The notes beneath the pieces are model-generated. The model did not search any database and had not been told where the DNA came from. It worked only from the letters and a program-made list of their open reading frames with translations. A stretch of 64,000 nucleotides of DNA from a virus, in the IMG/VR virus record IMGVR_UViG_3300020463_003399, positions 25,561 to 89,560 of that record, one strand, 5' to 3'. The position numbers and the translations under genes are program-made. Below are positions 58,501 through 64,000 of the stretch, piece after piece (positions within the stretch are counted from its first letter, which is position 1; every line of letters starts with the position of its first letter).

Positions 58501-58662
58501 CTAGATCCAACCTTTCAGATTTGGATTTACGTTACCGTATGTTAAATTCTTTTGTCTTTGTTCTAAGTCAACCAAATCTACAGAATTGCTTAGATAGACA
58601 TCAACTGGTGTAGTTGATTCCCAACCCCATTTAAAAGTAAAAAGTCTTTTTATAAAGTTCAT
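58501..58662 (-). CDS. 53-aa DUF3563-like small protein
   Basis: SD AGGAG; YLSNSVDLVDLEQRQKNL motif. Confidence 0.65.
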   Translation of the reverse strand: MNFIKRLFTFKWGWESTTPVDVYLSNSVDLVDLEQRQKNLTYGNVNPNLKGWI

Positions 58663-58676
58663 TATTAGTTCTCCTA

Positions 58677-58859
58677 TTAGTTTTTAATTCTATTCGTTTT
58701 ATGCCAAGTTGGTGCTTTCCCTGTCAAACACATTTGTTCGTAGGCATACTTCCAATCTTTTTTGTATTCTGTTTTCGCCCATATCAAAAACTCTCTGTGG
58801 CGTGGCTTTTCACTATCCGCAAAGACATTAAGTAGGGCATCGAAAAAATTCGTTACCAT
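58677..58859 (-). CDS. 60-aa small protein
   Basis: SD GGAG; WAKTEYKKDWKYAY. Confidence 0.7.
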   Translation of the reverse strand: MVTNFFDALLNVFADSEKPRHREFLIWAKTEYKKDWKYAYEQMCLTGKAPTWHKTNRIKN

Positions 58860-59007
58860 TCTCTAACTCCGTTCCAAATTGTAGATGCTTAAGGTAAGCA
58901 ATACCCCGGTCTCTCCCGGCGCCGCTCTTGTAAGGCATGGGTTATGCCACGGTCTTTCCCTGTCGCCAACACAGTGTAAACTTTTGGGAAGTATCGCAAC
59001 TGTGTCC
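58860..59007 (-). ncRNA. Putative structured leader / sRNA with five hairpins
   Basis: GC-rich; hairpins at 59006-58968, 58962-58948, 58948-58934, 58919-58906 and 58900-58886; CTAAATA promoter at 59013-59019. Confidence 0.6.
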
Positions 59008-59186
59008 ACTTCTATTTAGTCTAAATATGTTTGAAAAGTGACAGAATTACTGTTTTTTTTCGACAATCCCGGTATGTCATAAACGCAGGGCTAAAGCATA
59101 GCTTGTATAACTTATGAACATATCAATTTATCTATTGCTTTTTGTTTCAGAATGTGATATTATAGATATAATAATACGAGAAAACC

Positions 59187-59483
59187 ATGGAATATAAAAC
59201 AGTACATTGCGTAAAATATAACAAGGAACTACGTGCCTTAGATAAAGCACCTTTTCCAGGACCTGCAGGTAAAGAAATATTTGAAAAAGTTTCTGAACAA
59301 GCATGGAATGATTGGCTAAATTTTCAAACAATTCTTATTAATGAAAATAGATTAAATCTTATGGAAGAGAATGCAAGAGATTTTTTAACAAAACAAAGAA
59401 ATAAGTTTTTCTTTGAGCCAGGAGAATTAGATATGCCAGAACAATTTGTAGATCCTAACAAAGTGCCTGATTTGAAATCGTGA
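59187..59483 (+). CDS. yggX: Fe(II)-trafficking / oxidative damage protection protein YggX
   Basis: [38 protein letters not shown]; promoter TTGCTT-N17-TATTAT at 59135. Confidence 0.9.
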   Translation: MEYKTVHCVKYNKELRALDKAPFPGPAGKEIFEKVSEQAWNDWLNFQTILINENRLNLMEENARDFLTKQRNKFFFEPGELDMPEQFVDPNKVPDLKS

Positions 59484-60094
59484 CACTTACAGTTATTAAC
59501 AATGAGTATCCAGTATGGGAAGTACAAGGGTTTCATCTACCCGTATTAGATATAGAATGGCCAGAAGAAAACTTAACTGCTAGTAACCTGCCAGTGAATA
59601 AAAGGAGAGTACCTGCATCGTTAGATGAAAACAGTGACAATCATAGAAACTTTGCAAGACATTGGGATTCACATACGAAAGATATCTGGGAGCATTTGTG
59701 TTTAGATAACACTATAAAGAATGAACAACCAGAAATACTAGGTGCTTGGCCTAGAGGATTTAAAAATTTCAAATGGGGAGGTGCAATGCATTCTCTACAT
59801 GTTATAAAAGACAAAAACGAATTTAAAATGACTGGACATATGGATAATAGAGAAGTAGTAGGAGTATTGATTATCAATTTACAAGACAATCCTCCAGGTA
59901 CTGGAACTACTTTTCATACAAAACCATATTCAAAAAACGATGAAAATGTATGGTATGAAGGACCAACAGAGCAATTTTCTGGTATATTCATGATTAATAA
60001 TTGGAATACATGGCATAGTGTACGAAACATGAGTGGTAAAGATAGATATATTGGTTATCAGACTTTAAACATTGCCAGCTTTTTTAGAGGATAA
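59480..60094 (+). CDS. 2OG-Fe(II) oxygenase-like protein
   Basis: HMD (HxD), GTTF, WHSV, distal R. Confidence 0.65.
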   Translation: MTLTVINNEYPVWEVQGFHLPVLDIEWPEENLTASNLPVNKRRVPASLDENSDNHRNFARHWDSHTKDIWEHLCLDNTIKNEQPEILGAWPRGFKNFKWGGAMHSLHVIKDKNEFKMTGHMDNREVVGVLIINLQDNPPGTGTTFHTKPYSKNDENVWYEGPTEQFSGIFMINNWNTWHSVRNMSGKDRYIGYQTLNIASFFRG

Positions 60095-60095
60095 A

Positions 60096-60494
60096 ATGGA
60101 ACTTTACTTAAAAGAACACATATCAGAAGATTGCGTAAATTCAAATGGAACTGTTAGAGGTGCTAAGTTATTTCAAATGGCAGACGAAACTGCATTTTCA
60201 TTAATCAATGAAAAGTTCTCAAAATATAGAGAAAATATAATGGCAGTTACTAACTATGCAGATATGAAGTTTATTGCACCTATGTATAGATATGGGTTTG
60301 TTTTAGGATATGGTGAAGTAATAGATGTCAATCCAGCAAGGATAAATATAGGAATAGAACTAATGTTTAGAAAACCAAAAGACGTTGATTGGGTTAAGTG
60401 TCTAACTGGTACATTTAGTTTTTCTTGTATCAGTAGAGATACAAAAACCCTAAAACGATTGTCGAAAGAGGACATAAATGAAATTCAAGGCTAA
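60096..60494 (+). CDS. Hotdog-fold acyl-CoA thioesterase-like protein
   Basis: NSNGTVRGAKLFQMADE, AVT...MKFIAP. Confidence 0.75.
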   Translation: MELYLKEHISEDCVNSNGTVRGAKLFQMADETAFSLINEKFSKYRENIMAVTNYADMKFIAPMYRYGFVLGYGEVIDVNPARINIGIELMFRKPKDVDWVKCLTGTFSFSCISRDTKTLKRLSKEDINEIQG

Positions 60495-61389
60495 AGTCTT
60501 AGTTACAGGCGGTGCAGGATATATAGGGAAAGAAGTTGTAAATGAGTTGATAACCTCTGGATATGAGGTAACAGTTTTAGATAAAAAAGAAAATCCATTT
60601 GACCAAAAAGTAAGATACATACAGGGCGATTTACAAAATCCTGCTCGTTGTGTTATGGCAAGTGCAAATCAAGACTACGTAATTCATCTAGCGGCAAAAC
60701 CACGTATACCTGAAAGTTTTCATAATCCAGATGAATACTTTGAAAACAATGTAGACGGGACTAGAAATATTTTAACTGCCGCAAGTGCAGTAGGGGTAAG
60801 AAAGTTTGTATATGCAAGTAGTAGTTCAGTATATGGAAATAACCCTACTCCTCACAAACCATATCATAAACCAGATCCATTAAACTACTATGCAATGACA
60901 AAATTGTTTGGTGAGCATATGTGTAAACAATATAAGATTATGTTTAATCTTACGTTTACTATATTAAGATTCTTTACAGTTTATTCAGAAAATCAACCTA
61001 ATACAAATACAGGTGGATTAATGATTGGTAAGTTTGCAAGATTGGCTAAAGAAGGTAAGCCATTAACAGTACATGGTGACGGAAAATATCTGAGAGACTA
61101 TATTCATGTATCAGACGTAGCTAAAGCAGTAGTATGTTCTTTAGAATCAAAAGTAAGAAACGAAACTTTTAATGTAGGTACAGGACAAAATATATCAGTG
61201 AATGAAGTTGTTGATATGATAAAAGAAATCAAACCAGATGTTGAAGTAGAATACGAAGCACATCCTAAAGGATATGCAAAAGATACTCTAGCAGATATAG
61301 TAAAAGTCAAAAAGTTACTAGGCTGGAGTCCAACTATTATGCCACAAGAAGGTATCAAAGAAACACTTAAAAAATTATTACAAGAATGA
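60478..61389 (+). CDS. NAD-dependent epimerase/dehydratase
   Basis: TGGAGYIG, HLAA, SSSSVYG, YAMTK, RDYIHV. Confidence 0.92.
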   Translation: MKFKAKVLVTGGAGYIGKEVVNELITSGYEVTVLDKKENPFDQKVRYIQGDLQNPARCVMASANQDYVIHLAAKPRIPESFHNPDEYFENNVDGTRNILTAASAVGVRKFVYASSSSVYGNNPTPHKPYHKPDPLNYYAMTKLFGEHMCKQYKIMFNLTFTILRFFTVYSENQPNTNTGGLMIGKFARLAKEGKPLTVHGDGKYLRDYIHVSDVAKAVVCSLESKVRNETFNVGTGQNISVNEVVDMIKEIKPDVEVEYEAHPKGYAKDTLADIVKVKKLLGWSPTIMPQEGIKETLKKLLQE

Positions 61390-61496
61390 CATTTTTTCAA
61401 GGATTAGGTTTGCTATTTATAGGACTAACAGTAATGTTAATTGCAGGTATAATCTTTTCAATAATAGTATCAAAACAACAAAAGAAGGACAAATGA
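61386..61496 (+). CDS. Unannotated 36-aa single-TM peptide
   Basis: ATGA overlaps at both ends; MTFFQGLGLLFIGLTVMLIAGIIFSIIVSKQQKKDK. Confidence 0.65.
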   Translation: MTFFQGLGLLFIGLTVMLIAGIIFSIIVSKQQKKDK

Positions 61497-61801
61497 ACGA
61501 GTACGTAAAAAAACTAGATGAAAAAATAAAAGAATTGAATTCTACAAGAGTATTCAAGAAAGTTACTCCTAAGGGAGACTTATCTTGGTATGTCAAGTGG
61601 GTAGCAAGTTTTCTGATATTGTTAGCAGTAGTCTTTAGAAGTATTGGTGTTCATGAACTAGATATGTGGTTCAGTATACTTGGGACTTTAGGTTGGTTTT
61701 GGGTTGGAATGCTTTGGCACGATAGAGCATTAATTATGTTAAACGGTACATTGACTACTTTGTTAGCAATGGGATTAGTAAAATTATACTTTGGAGCGTA
61801 A
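61493..61801 (+). CDS. DUF6552-like membrane protein
   Basis: SWYVKW...GWFWVGMLWHDRALIMLN. Confidence 0.6.
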   Translation: MNEYVKKLDEKIKELNSTRVFKKVTPKGDLSWYVKWVASFLILLAVVFRSIGVHELDMWFSILGTLGWFWVGMLWHDRALIMLNGTLTTLLAMGLVKLYFGA

Positions 61802-62311
61802 ATGAAATATAAACTGATAGATGAACAAGATCCAAGATTAAGACAAAGATGTGAGCCTCATAACATTACTAAAGAGACAGAGCAATTAGTATATGATATG
61901 ATTGTGACAATGGAAGAACACGATGGTATTGGACTAGCGGCACCTCAAGTTGGTGTAATGGAAAGAATATTTGTTATAGGTCACAAAGATACTGGATATG
62001 TAGTTTGTATAAATCCAACATGGAAAGCTATAGATGATGCAGAAAGAGAGTCATTTTTAGAAGGTTGTTTAAGTTTCCCTTTGTTAGAAATGAATGTATT
62101 AAGATATAATAAAGTACAATGTACATTTACTAATCTAAAAGGCGAAACATCAACTAAACAATTTACTGGTGTATGGGCTCAAGCAATACAACATGAACAT
62201 GACCACTTAGAAGGTATAACATTTGATACTAGAGTTCCAGAGAATATATTAAGTACTGCAAAAGCATTACGTAAAGAGAAATTAAAAAACATTAAAGATA
62301 GTGATGCATAA
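61802..62311 (+). CDS. def: Peptide deformylase
   Basis: GIGLAAPQVG, EGCLS, QHEHDHLEG. Confidence 0.95.
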   Translation: MKYKLIDEQDPRLRQRCEPHNITKETEQLVYDMIVTMEEHDGIGLAAPQVGVMERIFVIGHKDTGYVVCINPTWKAIDDAERESFLEGCLSFPLLEMNVLRYNKVQCTFTNLKGETSTKQFTGVWAQAIQHEHDHLEGITFDTRVPENILSTAKALRKEKLKNIKDSDA

Positions 62312-63150
62312 TGAACTTTTCAGAGTATACATTACTCAGTGTTGGCGATAGTTTCGCATTTGGACAAGGAACTGTTCAACACCCTACTTTCATACAAGGA
62401 ATAAGTGCAGACTCAGATGATGAACAACGTCAAGAGTGGAAGAAAGTGTGCAACAGTAATTCTTATGTCAAGCATATAGAGACAGAACTAAACTTCAAAC
62501 AATCAGTAAATCTTGCACTACCAGGGTGTAGTGATGAATTGTCATTAATAAATCTAGAAGTTTGGTTAAAGAAAAATCCGAAAGAAAAAGTATTTCTACT
62601 TTTTAGTCTGACAGACCCACAACGACAAATATATTTCGATAAAGAAAAACAAGTAGACTTTCTCAATACATTTAAGTACACAAGTGAGATAGCTAAAGGA
62701 GGTGGGTTAGATTACTATTATGGTGTACTGAATAATGATATTAGTTTAACTTTTAAAACTTATCAGTTTAGAAAAACATTGAAACGTTTTCTTGATATAT
62801 CTAATATCGAACATTATATATTTTATCCTCGTGATAATATGGACGAAAGAATAGTAAAAAGAAGAAAGCACTGGAATAAAACAATAGATACAGGTATTGA
62901 CCATTGGAACAAACTTGGAATAGCAGAAGATTTTAAAGACTGGTTAAACAACATCGAAGATGAAAAAACGTTAGGTAATAACTATCTAACTATCAATAAA
63001 CTCTTATCCATAACAAAAGAAGTAACGATATTTGACTGGCTCAAAAAGTCAGGGAATCCGCTATCTTCTTACGATAATCATTACAATAAGTACGCACATA
63101 ATCAGATAGGAACGTTCATTTCCACACAAATAAGACAAATTAACGCATAA
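62311..63150 (+). CDS. SGNH/GDSL-like protein
   Basis: GDSFAFG, NLALPGCSD, DNH. Confidence 0.6.
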   Translation: MNFSEYTLLSVGDSFAFGQGTVQHPTFIQGISADSDDEQRQEWKKVCNSNSYVKHIETELNFKQSVNLALPGCSDELSLINLEVWLKKNPKEKVFLLFSLTDPQRQIYFDKEKQVDFLNTFKYTSEIAKGGGLDYYYGVLNNDISLTFKTYQFRKTLKRFLDISNIEHYIFYPRDNMDERIVKRRKHWNKTIDTGIDHWNKLGIAEDFKDWLNNIEDEKTLGNNYLTINKLLSITKEVTIFDWLKKSGNPLSSYDNHYNKYAHNQIGTFISTQIRQINA

Positions 63151-63194
63151 ATATATAACAGGGTAGAACAACTCTTCCCTGGAAGGAGAATACT

Positions 63195-63356
63195 ATGATT
63201 AAATGGATTAAGAATAGAAGTAAAGAAAGAACAACTTGGGACGGTGCAGTATGTATCGCTCTAGGTCTCATGATTTTATTTATGGCTCCATTGGCAAAAA
63301 TAGCGGCAGGTATTGCTATTGCCTGGGGTGCGTGGACTATCTGGAAATCAGAGTAA
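63195..63356 (+). CDS. Unannotated 53-aa two-TM protein
   Basis: Late promoter at 63146, 5' hairpin, SD AAGGAG; MIKWIKNRSKERTTWDGAVCIALG...WTIWKSE. Confidence 0.75.
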   Translation: MIKWIKNRSKERTTWDGAVCIALGLMILFMAPLAKIAAGIAIAWGAWTIWKSE

Positions 63357-63382
63357 ACACTAACTAAGGGAATGACACCCTG

Positions 63383-63607
63383 ATGACTGACGAATTCAGG
63401 AAAGAAGCATACAGACTCTTTTGGCTTGTTAAGGGCCATTTAGGGTGTCATACATGGTCAGATAAAGAAATTATCAAAATGGAAGATAGTTATTTTAGAA
63501 GGCTATGGATATCAGGAGGCAACGGAGCTCCGTTGTATGAGTATGAAGAAGGATTTGAAGAAGCATATGAGGCCCTGGAGTGGAAGAAAAACGAACACCA
63601 AGACTAA
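63383..63607 (+). CDS. Hypothetical protein
   Basis: ORF. Confidence 0.55.
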   Translation: MTDEFRKEAYRLFWLVKGHLGCHTWSDKEIIKMEDSYFRRLWISGGNGAPLYEYEEGFEEAYEALEWKKNEHQD

Positions 63608-63840
63608 TTCTTTTATCTGAATTTCTAGACCAGAGTAAAAGAAAAGAACAAGAGATTACTTTTTACGAGAAAGAGTTAAAAGTAATAGAACAAAAGCTAT
63701 ATTGGCTACGCCGAGAAAAAGACTTAACAGAAACTATCATATCAATAATTTCACAAGAAAAAGTTTTAGATATCAAAGAAGAAATGGAAAAGAGACTATT
63801 AGATAATAAAGGCGCACCTGAAGATGAAGAACATATTTAA
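63580..63840 (+). CDS. Coiled-coil hypothetical protein
   Basis: ORF. Confidence 0.55.
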   Translation: MEEKRTPRLILLSEFLDQSKRKEQEITFYEKELKVIEQKLYWLRREKDLTETIISIISQEKVLDIKEEMEKRLLDNKGAPEDEEHI

Positions 63841-64000
63841 AATTTTCAAAAAAGAAGAAAAAGTAGAAAAGAAAGAAATCAAAAAGAAATTCAATCACAG
63901 AACTAGAATTAATAGTGAAGACATGACAGACAAAGAAAAAATGGATAAAGGGTTTAACGGAAAATCCTATGTCATAAATGGAATAGAATATGATTTCTAA
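63824..64000 (+). CDS. Unannotated 58-aa protein MKNIFKIFKK...NGIEYDF
   Basis: Open frame overlapping the previous gene and ending TAA at 64000. Confidence 0.5.
   Translation: MKNIFKIFKKEEKVEKKEIKKKFNHRTRINSEDMTDKEKMDKGFNGKSYVINGIEYDF

Noticed and set aside
58860-59007. Known riboswitch (cobalamin, glycine, TPP, SAM)
   Set aside because: GGGAA and GGAGAGA-like fragments are present, but the B12 box, GCCGAAG/CUCUCAGG and CUGAGA cores are absent
1091-63439. Most short minus-strand and nested ORFs in the track (e.g. 1091-1435, 10790-11233, 41765-42265, 63140-63439)
   Set aside because: Shadow frames of well-supported genes with no SD or promoter
1-64000. CRISPR array, DGR/retron, integrase or IS element
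   Set aside because: No regularly spaced repeats and no RT, Cas, recombinase or transposase motifs seen
1-64000. Alternative genetic code (stop recoding)
   Set aside because: Core genes are full length in code 11, and TAA, TAG and TGA all end genes cleanly

Overview
This is a 64 kb, AT-rich segment of a large lytic T4-related myovirus genome, probably marine or aquatic, with a proteobacterial host. It uses the standard genetic code and is almost entirely + strand. Virion and packaging genes include tail sheath, tail tube, head-completion nuclease, large terminase, PAAR and many probable internal head proteins. Replication and recombination genes include gp32 SSB, UvsX, UvsY, UvsW, gp41-like helicase, primase, a stand-alone 195-aa DnaE core, an exonuclease and class Ia NrdAB. 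There is one tRNA-Arg(ACG). Auxiliary genes are numerous: QueD, SufB, SufT-like, YggX, Prs, PsiE, a ProX/ProW betaine-type transporter without its ATPase, ClpP, peptide deformylase, a radical SAM enzyme, 2OG-Fe(II)-like oxygenases, a fatty-acid desaturase, an epimerase and a glycosyltransferase. Two promoter classes are readable: sigma70 TTGACA-N16/17-TAnnnT and a T4-late-like NNTAAATA. The most novel-looking elements are: (i) a minus-strand, late-promoter-driven ~150-nt multi-hairpin RNA with a tandem GGGA(A/G)AGACC repeat heading 4-5 micro-ORFs (58217-59027); (ii) an RNA switch with two mutually exclusive in-frame starts at 20423-20515; (iii) an exact TAAATA-N5-ATG leaderless architecture; (iv) capsid-targeting-like N-termini on enzymes. 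All protein assignments come from motif recognition only; no searches were run.
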